The translations under genes were made by a program, and so were the position numbers. A stretch of DNA of 64,000 nucleotides from Longimicrobiales bacterium (GTDB taxonomy: Bacteria; Gemmatimonadota; Gemmatimonadetes; Longimicrobiales; Gaopeijiaceae), in NCBI GenBank assembly GCA_041690395.1, contig JAWLHJ010000005.1, positions 128,001 through 192,000 of the forward strand. The letters are read 5' to 3'. Positions 28,160 to 38,170 of the stretch are shown here, one piece after another (within the stretch, counting starts at the first letter, position 1; every line of letters starts with the position of its first letter). A model generated the notes under the pieces. It searched no databases. It saw only the letters and a list, made by a program, of their open reading frames with translations, and was not told where the DNA came from.

Positions 28160-29684
28160 ACGGGCGGGCCGAGCCCCTCCGGGTGGTGAGGGCTCCGGAC
28201 AGGTCGTGGGCGGCGAGCAGGGCCTCCAGAGCTGTCGCCTCGTCGGCAGTCCCGAAGGCGCCGGCGTACACCCGGAAGCGCGGACCTGCGTCCGGAGTGG
28301 AGTCCCAGAGCACGTAGCCGTCGATGCCCGACGCGCTCAGCCGGTCCACATGGCCCGCCGCGTCAGCCGGGGTATCCCAGACGCCCATCTCATAGGCCAG
28401 TTGGGATCGGCGCACCAGCCAGGCGTCGGCAGCTTCCCCTGACCATCGTTCGAGATCCGCCTTGGCCGCTTCGGCTCGAATCGAGTCTCCATAGCTGCCG
28501 GCGAGCACACGGTGGAACGTGTTCCCACCGACGTCGACGGGTGTCACGACCACCAGGACGGTGTCCCCTCGAGCCATGACCCGTTCCGCGTGCCGGCGCG
28601 CGGTGCCGCGATCCCGATACGACGCCAGGGCGATGGAGAAGGTCGGCGTCCCGTCGAACGTTCCCCGCGCGTCGGGCTCGATGGGGCGCGCGTCGGCGGC
28701 GTCCACGGCCTCGGTAGGTTCGACCATGCTGTCCCGTGCAGGTGCGGTGGCATCCGGGACGTGGGGTAGACCCGAGCCGTCTGCGTCCCCGGAGGGACCG
28801 CTCCACCACCCCGTCCAGGCCAGGACACCCACCACCACGGCTGCGAGGGCGGCGGCATGCACCAGCGACCGCCCGAAGTCTTGGGAGCCTGAGACGCGGA
28901 GGCGCTTCCACCAGGGCTTCGGCGGCGTCCCGGTCCATCCGGCGCCGTCCGGACGATCCGAGTCGCCGAAAGCCGCGCTGCCCTCGGTGGACACGGCACC
29001 CCACGTCTCGCGCGGGGGCGACGGCCGGGCGAACGGATCCATCGCCAGCGGGTCCAGCAGGTCTCCCTCGTGTGTGTGGGTGACAGCGTCGTCGGAGGAC
29101 CCGGGCCCGGCTTCGGGCGGTGCCACGATCGCGCGTAACTTGTCCGCAGGAACGACGTCGCGAGGAAGCGTGTCTTCCGGGGACGCGATGCCAATGACGT
29201 CGTCGGCGCGGGTCGCTACGAGCGACGCCCATGCAGCGTCGGCTGGCGTGAACACGACGAGCGTGACCCCAGCCTGAACGAACGTTTCGCAGAGCCGATG
29301 CCAGCGCTCCGACTTCAAGAGGAGGCTGGGGTCGCTCAGCGCGCGTCCCGGCGGGATGAGGGAGAAGCGCTCCCCGCCGACATCCTGAACAGCCTCCTGG
29401 ACCGTGGACGCACCCTCGAGGGTTTCGGCCAGCCCTGGCCCTTCGTGGGTGCCCAGCCAGAGACCCAAGCCCGGAGCCCGGAAAGAGGCATCGACGAGCA
29501 CCACACTCGTGCGGGTGCCACTCCAGGCGCGGGCCAAGGCGGTGGCAATGCTCGTGCCCCACCCCTCGCTCCACCCGCGCGCCGAGACGGACAACATCAC
29601 GATCCTGCCGGGACCCCCATCCGGACCTGCCAGTCGCGGAGGGTCCGAAGGGTCGAAAGGTCCCGTGCCGTCGCGGGGGATCAT
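28146..29684 (-). CDS. Degenerate P-loop domain, TM and tandem SPOR-like domains
   Basis: VVLVDASFRAPGL resembles BY-kinase/MinD; TM; HRVLAGSY and FRVYAGAF SPOR-like motifs. Confidence 0.75.
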   Translation of the reverse strand: MIPRDGTGPFDPSDPPRLAGPDGGPGRIVMLSVSARGWSEGWGTSIATALARAWSGTRTSVVLVDASFRAPGLGLWLGTHEGPGLAETLEGASTVQEAVQDVGGERFSLIPPGRALSDPSLLLKSERWHRLCETFVQAGVTLVVFTPADAAWASLVATRADDVIGIASPEDTLPRDVVPADKLRAIVAPPEAGPGSSDDAVTHTHEGDLLDPLAMDPFARPSPPRETWGAVSTEGSAAFGDSDRPDGAGWTGTPPKPWWKRLRVSGSQDFGRSLVHAAALAAVVVGVLAWTGWWSGPSGDADGSGLPHVPDATAPARDSMVEPTEAVDAADARPIEPDARGTFDGTPTFSIALASYRDRGTARRHAERVMARGDTVLVVVTPVDVGGNTFHRVLAGSYGDSIRAEAAKADLERWSGEAADAWLVRRSQLAYEMGVWDTPADAAGHVDRLSASGIDGYVLWDSTPDAGPRFRVYAGAFGTADEATALEALLAAHDLSGALTTRRGSARPFTTR

Positions 29685-29863
29685 TCTTCCAGGGCTCCTC
29701 TACGCCGAGGAGCGGTCGCCCCGGTCCGCGTCGCGGACCCTGCATGATGGAACGGCGGCACGGAGTTCGATTCGGTGGCGTATTCGGGGAGAGGTCCGCT
29801 GCTGCGACGGGTTCACAAGTGTCCGGTGAAGGGTGCCCACAAGACCGGGCGCTCGCAATCCTC

Positions 29864-31777
29864 TCAGGCCCGTGTCGTGGTCTCCAAGGTGCGGGGTAGC
29901 AGGATCTCCACGGTCGTGCCTCTGCCGGGCTCGCTGTCGATTCGCATGGACCCTCCGCTCTGCGTAAGGATGCCGTAGACGCTCGAGAGCCCCAGTCCGA
30001 CGCCGGCACCGACGCCCTTTGTGGTGAAGAACGGCTCGAAACATCGTCGATGTGTTTCCGGGTCCATGCCCGCACCCGTGTCGCGTACCACGAGCTGGAC
30101 GTATGCGCGGCTTTCCGCTTCGTCGAGGGAGGGCGCGGTCCCCTCTCCCCCGGCCACGGACACGTTCCGCGTGGACACCACGATGTCTCCGCCCGCCTCG
30201 GTGGCATCCCGAGCGTTGGTGAGAAGGTTGTAGACGACCTGCTCGAGCTGGCTCGGATCCATGAAGGTCTTTGGATCGCTGTCCGACAGTTCGGTGTGAA
30301 CGGTCACCGGTGCCCCTTCGCTTCGTGTCAGTAGCTTGAGCGCTTCTTCGACCGCGGCGTTCACGCGCACTGTACGCGGAGCGAGGATCTGACGGCGAGA
30401 GAACGCCAGCAGCTGACGCGTCAGCGCGGACGCGCGCTCGGCCGCGTGCTTGATCTCCTGAAGATCCATCCGCGCGTCTTCCGGGAGGGTGGCGCCCTCC
30501 TGCACGAGATCGGTGTGACCGATGATGGCCGTGAGAAGATTGTTGAAGTCGTGCGCGACACCTCCCGCGAGTTGGCCGATGGCTTCCAGCGTCTGGGCAT
30601 GCCGCAATCTTCGCTCGAGCTGCACCCGTTCGGAGATGTCGAGTGTCGTTCCCACCAGGTGAGGTGCTTCTTCGTCGAGGTCGTGAACAGGCTCGCCCTT
30701 CAGGCGGATCCACGCTGGCTCGTCGTCGCCGCGTCGTATTCGTAGCTCTAGATCGAAGGACTCGCCGAGCGCCCTCGAGCGCTCGAGGGCGCTGTGGACA
30801 GCGCGGCGATCGTCGGGGTGCACCCGGCGCCAGAGGGCCCCGGGCAAGTGTCGGTCATCGCCATCCGGAACACCGAGGGTCTCGAACACCTGCTCCGAGA
30901 CCCACCATCTTCCCTCTGTTGGATACCACTCCCAATAGCCCAGCCTCGCCACCGACTGGCCACGTCGGAGTCGTCGCTCTGCTTCTCCCAGAGCCCGGTA
31001 CGCCAGAACGTTCTCGGTCGTGTCGTGGATCGCGTAGAAGCAGCATAGGAGCTGGCCCTGATCGTCGTGCACGGCGCTCAGTCGGACGTCGAGATGGCTC
31101 CTCCCCTCCTGCACGGTCGCCCATTCGGCGGTGCCGGACCACGACGTGGCGCCCTCCCAGAGCGACGGCTCGTGAAACCGAATGAAGTCACCGATATGCC
31201 TTCCAGTCGGGTCGGCTCCCGCCGCATGGCGGCACTGTTCCCTGAAGGCCCGGTTGACGGCGGTGACGTGGCCCGAGGTATCGGTGAAGACCATGGGGTC
31301 GGTGGAGCATTCGATGGCCCATTCGTGGATACGCCGCTCACGATCGAGTTGGCGCTGACGACTGGCGTCCCGGACCGAGGCGACCGTGAACACGCCGGCA
31401 GGTGTGGACATTCGCGTGAGGCTGATGTCCACCGGCACGCTCGTGCCGTCCTTTCGCCTCGCCGACAGATCCAGCCCGAGTCCCATAGGCCTGACGGACG
31501 TGCTCGACTCGGCATACGCACGCCGGAGGGCCACGTGCCGAGACCGGAAGCCTTCGGGGACCATGACCTCCATGGTCTGGCCGGTCAGCTCACCGGTGTC
31601 GTAGCCCAGCAGGTTCTCGAGGCGCCGGTTCACCATGGAGATCCGGCCCTCGGAGTCCACGACGAGGAGGCCGTCGGGCGTGGCTTCGATCAGGGAATGG
31701 ATGAACGACGGCGCAGGCCCGTCGATGACGTCGCTGGCCGGGTCGACGGCGTGTTCAGGGGGGGTGTCTACGTTCAT
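29864..31777 (-). CDS. Triple-PAS sensor histidine kinase (AHDFNN type, no receiver)
   Basis: [38 protein letters not shown]. Confidence 0.93.
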   Translation of the reverse strand: MNVDTPPEHAVDPASDVIDGPAPSFIHSLIEATPDGLLVVDSEGRISMVNRRLENLLGYDTGELTGQTMEVMVPEGFRSRHVALRRAYAESSTSVRPMGLGLDLSARRKDGTSVPVDISLTRMSTPAGVFTVASVRDASRQRQLDRERRIHEWAIECSTDPMVFTDTSGHVTAVNRAFREQCRHAAGADPTGRHIGDFIRFHEPSLWEGATSWSGTAEWATVQEGRSHLDVRLSAVHDDQGQLLCCFYAIHDTTENVLAYRALGEAERRLRRGQSVARLGYWEWYPTEGRWWVSEQVFETLGVPDGDDRHLPGALWRRVHPDDRRAVHSALERSRALGESFDLELRIRRGDDEPAWIRLKGEPVHDLDEEAPHLVGTTLDISERVQLERRLRHAQTLEAIGQLAGGVAHDFNNLLTAIIGHTDLVQEGATLPEDARMDLQEIKHAAERASALTRQLLAFSRRQILAPRTVRVNAAVEEALKLLTRSEGAPVTVHTELSDSDPKTFMDPSQLEQVVYNLLTNARDATEAGGDIVVSTRNVSVAGGEGTAPSLDEAESRAYVQLVVRDTGAGMDPETHRRCFEPFFTTKGVGAGVGLGLSSVYGILTQSGGSMRIDSEPGRGTTVEILLPRTLETTTRA

Positions 31778-31819
31778 GACCCGTCTGTGTTCTGGTACGC
31801 CTGTGCGCGTGCGAGTGTC

Positions 31820-31847
31820 TCAAGGCTCGGGGGCCGCGGACCGAAAC
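31820..31847 (+). promoter_or_regulatory. Possible sigma-28 promoter upstream of the kinase pair
   Basis: TCAA-N16-ACCGAAAC. Confidence 0.3.
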
Positions 31848-32189
31848 TTTAGCGAATCCCCGAAATGCGGGGGCTCCTGGGCAGTGGCGGCTCGTCACTT
31901 CACACCGGCTCGCCGGACGGTCGACCCGTGGTCACCGCAGGCCCCCATCCGGCGCATGCGCGTTGACTGGCCGTGGGGCACTGAAGATCTTTTCAGGTTG
32001 TACATGTCGCCTTGTATGTGTCGTCGTGAGTCGCTCACCCCGAGCCCGTCTGCCCCGCCCGGGGCCGCCGGTTGAGGACCGCTCCGTGACGTGGCGGGAC
32101 GTTCGCCCCAACCACGAGATCGTCGTGCTCCATAAGCGCCAGAGGGTCCCGGAACCGGAGGCGTCGCGCGCGCTTCAAAGGGCGAATCC

Positions 32190-34037
32190 ATGAGGCCGGA
32201 AGTGCTCATATACGCGACTCTGGCCGCCGTGACACTGGTTTTCCCGGGTTGGGTGACCTGGCGAGCTCGGGATCGTGCTCGCGCGCTCACGGTGGTCCAA
32301 CAGGCACTGGATTCGTCCCTTGGTGCCGTCGCCATCGCCGGTCGCTCGGGCTTGCTGGAATACGTCAACCCCGCGTTCGCACGTCTTTGGGGGCTGGAGA
32401 CCGTAGAGGAGGCCATCGGGCGGGACCCCGTGGAGTTCTGGGCCCACCCTTCGGACCCCATGGAGGTCATCGACACGCTCCGGCGCAGGGGCGCGTGGGA
32501 AGGGCGGATGACCGCCCTGGGCAAGGACGGCCGGCAATTCCCGGTGGCGGTCTCCGCACAGGTCGTCCTCGACAAAAAGGGGCGATTCGCAGGGATGATG
32601 GCCTCGTTCCTCGACGTGAGCGAGCAGATCCGCGCGACGGAGGAGCTGGATCGCCAGAGGGCTTTCTCCGATACCCTTCTTCAGGTGGCGCCGGTGCTGG
32701 TCGTCCTCCTGGCGGACGACGGCACGGTGATGCAGGTGAACGCCGCGGTGGAGGACGTCACCGGGTACGCCGAAGCCGATCTTCAGGGACGCGATTGGTT
32801 CACGACCATGATTCCCAGTCGGTGCCGGGATTCGGTTCAGGAGCGTTTCGAAAGGGCCATCGCCGGTGACGCGACCCGCGGGCACCTGAATCCCATCCTG
32901 ACACGGGACGGCGGCGAGCGGGAGATCGAGTGGTCCGATACGACCCTATCGATACCGGGTTCGGGCGGGGACGTGCTTCTGGCCGTCGGCGTGGATGTGA
33001 CCGAACGGGTGCGAGGGGAGCGGGAGCTGGCCCGGACCCGGGCGCGGCTGGAAGAGGCCCAACGAATGGCGCGAATCGGGTCCTGGGAGCTGGACGTGAA
33101 GGCGAATGAGTTGGTGTGGTCGGACGAGGTGTACCGGATCTTCGATCTCGATCCCGAGGTGTTCGAGCCGTCGTACGAAGGCTTTCTCGCTCAGGTACAT
33201 CCGGAGGACCGGGACACGGTGAAGGCGGCGTACGCGGGGTCGCTCGAGAGCGGAGAGCCCTACGAGGCCCTGCACCGCATCAAGTTGGCCGACGGCCGGG
33301 TGGAGTGGGTGGAGGAGCGCGCGCAGACCCTCCTCGACGAGGCCGGCCGTCCGGTGCGTTCAGTCGGTACCGTGCAGCTGGTCACGGACCGGCACCTGAC
33401 CAGCGAACGGTTGCGTCGCGCGCTCAACGAGCGGGAGATCCTTCTCCGGGAGGTGCACCACCGCGTCAAGAACAACCTGCAGCTCGTCTCCTCGCTCCTG
33501 TACTTCCACGGCCGATCCTACGAGGACGTTCCCGACGTCGCGCGGTCCTTCGCCGAGGTCGGCCAGCGTCTTCGCTCCATGATCCTCCTTCACGAGTCGC
33601 TGTATCGTTCCCAGGACATGTCGCACATCGCCTTCCTCGATTACGTGCGGTCGCTGGCCGGGACCGTGCGGAGCTCGATCTACGATCCAGACAAGGCCGT
33701 CGAGGTGCTGGTCACGGGCGAACCCGTCGATCTGCCTGTGGAGGTTGCCCTCCCCTGCGGCATGATCGTGACCGAGCTCGTGACCAACGCCTTCAAGCAT
33801 GCGTTCGAAGATGCCCCCGGAGGTCGCATCGAGGTCTCTGTGGTCACGGACGACGACGGTGGTCTATCGCTGGCGGTTCGCGATGACGGGATCGGGTTCC
33901 CAGAAGGCTTCTCGCCCGAGCGAGGGGAAGGGTTCGGTTGGAAGCTCGTCCGGGGTCTGGCCCGGCAGGTCGACGCGACCCTCGAGATGGGACCTCGGGA
34001 GGTCCGCGTGACCGTCCCTCGCCGGGTGACCCGATGA
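32190..34037 (+). CDS. PAS sensor kinase, HisKA_2 type
   Basis: EVHHRVKNNLQ, ELVTNAFKHAF, DDGIG; N-terminal TM and 3 PAS domains. Confidence 0.93.
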   Translation: MRPEVLIYATLAAVTLVFPGWVTWRARDRARALTVVQQALDSSLGAVAIAGRSGLLEYVNPAFARLWGLETVEEAIGRDPVEFWAHPSDPMEVIDTLRRRGAWEGRMTALGKDGRQFPVAVSAQVVLDKKGRFAGMMASFLDVSEQIRATEELDRQRAFSDTLLQVAPVLVVLLADDGTVMQVNAAVEDVTGYAEADLQGRDWFTTMIPSRCRDSVQERFERAIAGDATRGHLNPILTRDGGEREIEWSDTTLSIPGSGGDVLLAVGVDVTERVRGERELARTRARLEEAQRMARIGSWELDVKANELVWSDEVYRIFDLDPEVFEPSYEGFLAQVHPEDRDTVKAAYAGSLESGEPYEALHRIKLADGRVEWVEERAQTLLDEAGRPVRSVGTVQLVTDRHLTSERLRRALNEREILLREVHHRVKNNLQLVSSLLYFHGRSYEDVPDVARSFAEVGQRLRSMILLHESLYRSQDMSHIAFLDYVRSLAGTVRSSIYDPDKAVEVLVTGEPVDLPVEVALPCGMIVTELVTNAFKHAFEDAPGGRIEVSVVTDDDGGLSLAVRDDGIGFPEGFSPERGEGFGWKLVRGLARQVDATLEMGPREVRVTVPRRVTR

Positions 34038-35968
34038 CCGACCCACGCACGCGGATCTTCGTCGTCGAGGACGAGGCGCTCATCGCCATGGAGCTCGAGT
34101 CCCGGCTCGAGAGCATGGGATACGAAGTCGTCGGGACCGTCGCACGCGGAGAGGATGCGGTGGAGGCCGTGCCGGCCGCGGCACCGGATCTCGTGCTCAT
34201 GGACATCCGTCTCGCGGGTGAGATGTCCGGCGTCGACACGGCCAGCGCATTGTCGGAGCTCGTGGACGTGCCGGTCGTGTTTCTCAGCGCGTTCTCCGAC
34301 GAGTCCCTGGTTCGGGGAGCGCTCGAGGTGCGGCCGTTCGGGTACCTCGTGAAGCCGTTCGAGGAACGGGAGCTCCACCTCACCATCCAAGCGGCCCTCG
34401 TCCATCATCGGCTTGAAGCGCAGCTCAAGCATGCGTTGTCCTCGGTCGAGCGACATGCGCGCGTCCTCGAGGAGAAGGAGCGGTTCGTACGCGGCGTTCT
34501 CGACGCGGTAGGCGCCATGGTGGTGGTGCTCGACCACGAAGGCCGGATCATCGAAACCAACAAGGCCTGGCGAGACTTTGGGCTCGCCAACGGTCTCTCG
34601 ACGGATCTCCTCGGGGAGAGTTACCTGGACGTCTGTGACCGGACCACGGGCCGGGACGCTCGGGACGCACGGCGCGTCGCCCGGGCCATCCGTTCGGTCA
34701 TCGACGGGGGTGCCGACCACGTCGTTTACGAGTACTCGATGCCGACGCCACAGGGCCACCGGTGGTTCGTATGTCGCGTGGCGCCCATCCATGCCACCGG
34801 GCCAGGTCGAGTCGTGGTCAGCCACGAGGACGTCACCGCGGTACAGGACGCCCTGGAGCGAGCGCTCGATGGTGAGCGGGTCTTCACCTCCCTCTCGCAG
34901 CTGGCGCCGGTCGGGATCTTCCGGACCGACCCGGACGGCGCGGTGACGCATGTGAGCCGTCGGTGGACCGAGATCACCGGGCTCACCGAGGAGGACGCGA
35001 CGGACCGCGGCTGGGCTCAGGCCGTGCATCGCGAGGACCGGCGGGCGCTCGTCGAGGCCTGGATGGAAGCCACGGCGGCTCGCGAGCCGTTCGAGGCGGA
35101 AGTGCGGTTCGTGCGAGCCGAGGGTGACGTACGATGGGTCATCGCCGAGGCCATTCCGATTCCCGGACAGGACGGCGACGTCTCCGGGTACATCGGCACC
35201 ATCACGGACGTGACCGAGCGACGCGCCCTCCAGGAGCGGTTGTCCCACTCCGTCAAGATGGAGGCCATCGGGAACCTCACCGGCGGGATGGCCCACGACT
35301 TCAACAACTACCTCGGAGTCATCCTCGGCAACATGGGACTCCTTCGGGAACGGGGCGGCTGGGACGCGACGGCGGAAGAGCTCATCGAGGGCGTCATGAT
35401 GGGTGCGCGGAAGGGAGCGGAAGTCACGCGGAGCCTCCTCGCATTCGCCCGCAGGCAGCCTCTCGCCCCTCGGCCGACCGACGTCAACGAGCGTATCCAG
35501 GGCATGCTGGACCTCCTGGGCCGGACCCTCGGGGGACACATCGAAATGGAGATGGACCTCGCCCCAGACTTGTGGACGACCACGGTCGACGCCTCGCAGT
35601 TCGACAGTTGCATCTTGAACCTCACCGGCAACGCCAGGGACGCCATGCCGGACGGCGGACGGATCCGGATCCGGACGAGAAACGTCCCCAGGCTGGACTT
35701 CCCCGCCCACGCGCTGAGCGAGGCGGTACCCCCCGGCGATTACATCGCCATCGAGGTGAGTGACACCGGGTACGGCATCGACCCGGTGGATCTTCCCCGG
35801 GTGACGGAGCCCTTCTTCACCACCAAAGGTCCCGGCCATGGGACGGGCCTCGGGCTCAGCATGGTCTACGGATTCGTGAGTCAGTCCGGCGGTCACGTCG
35901 ACATCGAGAGCGATGTCGGGCGCGGGACCACCGTGACGCTGTTCCTTCCGCGGACTCGGCCGAGCTGA
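34034..35968 (+). CDS. REC-PAS-PAS histidine kinase
   Basis: N-terminal VVEDEALIA..MDIRL..KPF; GGMAHDFNN, NARDA, FFTTK, GTGLGL; 4-nt overlap with the upstream gene. Confidence 0.93.
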   Translation: MTDPRTRIFVVEDEALIAMELESRLESMGYEVVGTVARGEDAVEAVPAAAPDLVLMDIRLAGEMSGVDTASALSELVDVPVVFLSAFSDESLVRGALEVRPFGYLVKPFEERELHLTIQAALVHHRLEAQLKHALSSVERHARVLEEKERFVRGVLDAVGAMVVVLDHEGRIIETNKAWRDFGLANGLSTDLLGESYLDVCDRTTGRDARDARRVARAIRSVIDGGADHVVYEYSMPTPQGHRWFVCRVAPIHATGPGRVVVSHEDVTAVQDALERALDGERVFTSLSQLAPVGIFRTDPDGAVTHVSRRWTEITGLTEEDATDRGWAQAVHREDRRALVEAWMEATAAREPFEAEVRFVRAEGDVRWVIAEAIPIPGQDGDVSGYIGTITDVTERRALQERLSHSVKMEAIGNLTGGMAHDFNNYLGVILGNMGLLRERGGWDATAEELIEGVMMGARKGAEVTRSLLAFARRQPLAPRPTDVNERIQGMLDLLGRTLGGHIEMEMDLAPDLWTTTVDASQFDSCILNLTGNARDAMPDGGRIRIRTRNVPRLDFPAHALSEAVPPGDYIAIEVSDTGYGIDPVDLPRVTEPFFTTKGPGHGTGLGLSMVYGFVSQSGGHVDIESDVGRGTTVTLFLPRTRPS

Positions 35969-35986
35969 GGGGGGCGTCCCGCCTCA
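35966..35986. terminator. Hairpin between convergent kinases
   Basis: TGAGG-GGGG..CCCG-CCTCA inverted repeat. Confidence 0.35.
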
Positions 35987-37330
35987 ACCGTCCTGCGCGA
36001 CGGGCAGATAGACGGCCACGGTCGTTCCGACGGCCTCGGTGCTCTGGACGTCGAGGTAGCCCCCGGCGCGCTTCACGCTCCCGAAGGCTTCGGACAGGCC
36101 GAGGCCTTTCGCTCCCGTACGGCGCTTGGTCGTGAAAAACGGCTCGAAGACCCGGCTCAGTGCCTCCCGTGGGATCCCTGGCCCGTCGTCGGCGATCTCC
36201 ACGACGGCGAACCGCCCTTCCCGGGAGCCGGGGTGCCGGGCCACGAAGTCCTTCGAGAGGGTCGCTCGGCGCGTGCGGATCCAGACGTGGCCATCGCTGG
36301 CGATGGCCTCCATGGCGTTGTCGGCCACGTTCCTCAGCGCCTGTCTGATCTGCGCACGGTCCGCGAACACCGGGAGAGGTTCGGCGCACTGATGGGTGCT
36401 GAGTGAGCAGGATCCGTCGAACAGACCGAGGTCCGCGGGGAAGGCGTCCTCGACCAGCTCCCGCAGGTCGAACGCCTCACTTTCGACGAACTGCCGCTGC
36501 GAATACGCGAGGAGTCTGAAGACGAGCTTCGACGCCTGGTCGCTGGCGGCCCGAATCGAATCGAGAGATTCCCTGAGCGTGGGGTCCGTTCCGCGTTGGA
36601 GGCCCCACTCGGCTTCCGCCTGAATGACGGTGAGCAGGTTGTTGAACTCGTGCGCGATCCCCCCCGCGATGTTGCCGACGATCTCCATGGCGGGAGGGGT
36701 GGCTTGATGAGCAGCGGGCTCGTTCGTCGGCGCGTTCCGTGCCGGGCGTGCCTCCTCCGACGTCCGCTTACGGGAGGTGCCTGTGGACATCGAGGTCGCC
36801 GCGGGATCGTCTGTCCATCCTCGGGGGACCGCACATCGCATGAAGATGAGTGGCGTCCCCCAGCTGTCCGCCCGCGCGATCCGCATGCCCTCGGCGAGAC
36901 ATCGAAGGGGCCGCTCCCCCCCACGGCGGAACGTCAACTCTCGGGACGAGAACGTGCCACTGGAGCGCCATGCCGAAAGGGCTTGCCCGATCCTATCCGG
37001 GTCATCCAGGACGTGGTCCGCCAGCCCGCTGTCCGACAGGGCAGGGTCGTTGCCTAGGAGTCGCTCACCCGCCGGATTCGCGGCGAGAATGCGCCCATCG
37101 ACCGTGAGTAGCAGCGCGGGGCGCCGCATGTGGACGGTCAGAGCGTGGAAGGTATCTGGGATCAATCGACGGTCGCGGTGGTGGTCGGTCTCGCGCCGCG
37201 TGAGCAGCCCCGGCGAGCACGAATCGACGCAGGCGTCCGCAATGTACGTGCGCTCCGGCGAGGCACAAGCGAAGCGTTCGGCGCCCGCGGGAACCACACC
37301 TGAGGAGAGACTCAATTCCACTGCCCGCAC
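35984..37330 (-). CDS. PAS sensor histidine kinase (true start probably ~37130-37170)
   Basis: [38 protein letters not shown]. Confidence 0.88.
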   Translation of the reverse strand: MRAVELSLSSGVVPAGAERFACASPERTYIADACVDSCSPGLLTRRETDHHRDRRLIPDTFHALTVHMRRPALLLTVDGRILAANPAGERLLGNDPALSDSGLADHVLDDPDRIGQALSAWRSSGTFSSRELTFRRGGERPLRCLAEGMRIARADSWGTPLIFMRCAVPRGWTDDPAATSMSTGTSRKRTSEEARPARNAPTNEPAAHQATPPAMEIVGNIAGGIAHEFNNLLTVIQAEAEWGLQRGTDPTLRESLDSIRAASDQASKLVFRLLAYSQRQFVESEAFDLRELVEDAFPADLGLFDGSCSLSTHQCAEPLPVFADRAQIRQALRNVADNAMEAIASDGHVWIRTRRATLSKDFVARHPGSREGRFAVVEIADDGPGIPREALSRVFEPFFTTKRRTGAKGLGLSEAFGSVKRAGGYLDVQSTEAVGTTVAVYLPVAQDG

Positions 37331-37339
37331 GGTCGATAC
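37312..37339 (+). promoter_or_regulatory. Putative sigma-28 promoter of the second stator operon
   Basis: TCAA-N16-GTCGATAC. Confidence 0.55.
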
Positions 37340-37389
37340 TCAGCGATCCGGATGGCTTTCTCTCACTTCCTCGATGATGCGGATCCTGA

Positions 37390-38166
37390 ATGGACAAAGC
37401 CTCGATCTTCGGAGTGGTCACGGGCACGGCCCTCGTCCTGGCCGCGATTCTCCTCGGGGGCAGTCTCGGCACGTTCTTCAACGTCCAAGGCCTCCTCATC
37501 GTCGCTGGCGGCACCTTCGCGGCGGTCTGCATCGCGTTTCCCACCGACGAGCTCAAGCTCATCCTTCCCGTGACCCGTCGGGTCTTCAACCATCCCGGGG
37601 ACGAGATGGCGGCGCTCATGAAGTTCCTGGTGCGGGCGGCCCAGATCTTCAAGCGGGATGGCCCACTCGCCCTCGAGGGCATCGCCGCCGAGGCACCGTC
37701 CAAGCCCCTGGCCAAGGGACTGCAGCTCATCGCCGACGGTACGGATGCGGCCACGATCCACGAGATTCTCGGCACTGAGCGAAAATACATGGAGGAGCAT
37801 CACCGGGTAGGCCAGAAGATCTTCAACGAAATGGGCAAGTACGCCCCTGCGTTCGGCATGGTCGGGACGCTGATCGGGCTCGTCCAGATGCTGGCCAACA
37901 TGAGTGACCCGGAGAGCCTCGGCCCGGCCATGGCCGTGGCTCTGCTCACCACGTTCTACGGCGCCGTGCTGGCCAATCTCATTTTCATTCCGATGGTGAC
38001 CAAGCTGGACAGGCGCATTCACATCGAGGTCACGCAGATCCAACTCGCCATCGTCGGCTTGATCTCGCTCCATCGGGGGGACACCACCCAGATCCTGCGG
38101 GAGAAGCTCATGGCGTTCGTGCACGCGCAGGACGAGGATCTGGAGACAACCGGGGCGGAGGGCTGA
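37390..38166 (+). CDS. motA: Second stator A subunit (MotA/PomA/MotP type)
   Basis: GLQLIADG, APAFGMVGTLIGLVQML, GPAMAVALLTTFYG. Confidence 0.92.
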   Translation: MDKASIFGVVTGTALVLAAILLGGSLGTFFNVQGLLIVAGGTFAAVCIAFPTDELKLILPVTRRVFNHPGDEMAALMKFLVRAAQIFKRDGPLALEGIAAEAPSKPLAKGLQLIADGTDAATIHEILGTERKYMEEHHRVGQKIFNEMGKYAPAFGMVGTLIGLVQMLANMSDPESLGPAMAVALLTTFYGAVLANLIFIPMVTKLDRRIHIEVTQIQLAIVGLISLHRGDTTQILREKLMAFVHAQDEDLETTGAEG

Positions 38167-38170
38167 CACC

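Noticed and set aside
33680..35896. Long antisense ORFs (also 3218-4801, 39647-41995 upper part, 44846-46969, 46581-48872)
   Set aside because: They mirror well-supported genes on the other strand, which is expected in high-GC DNA, and show no motifs
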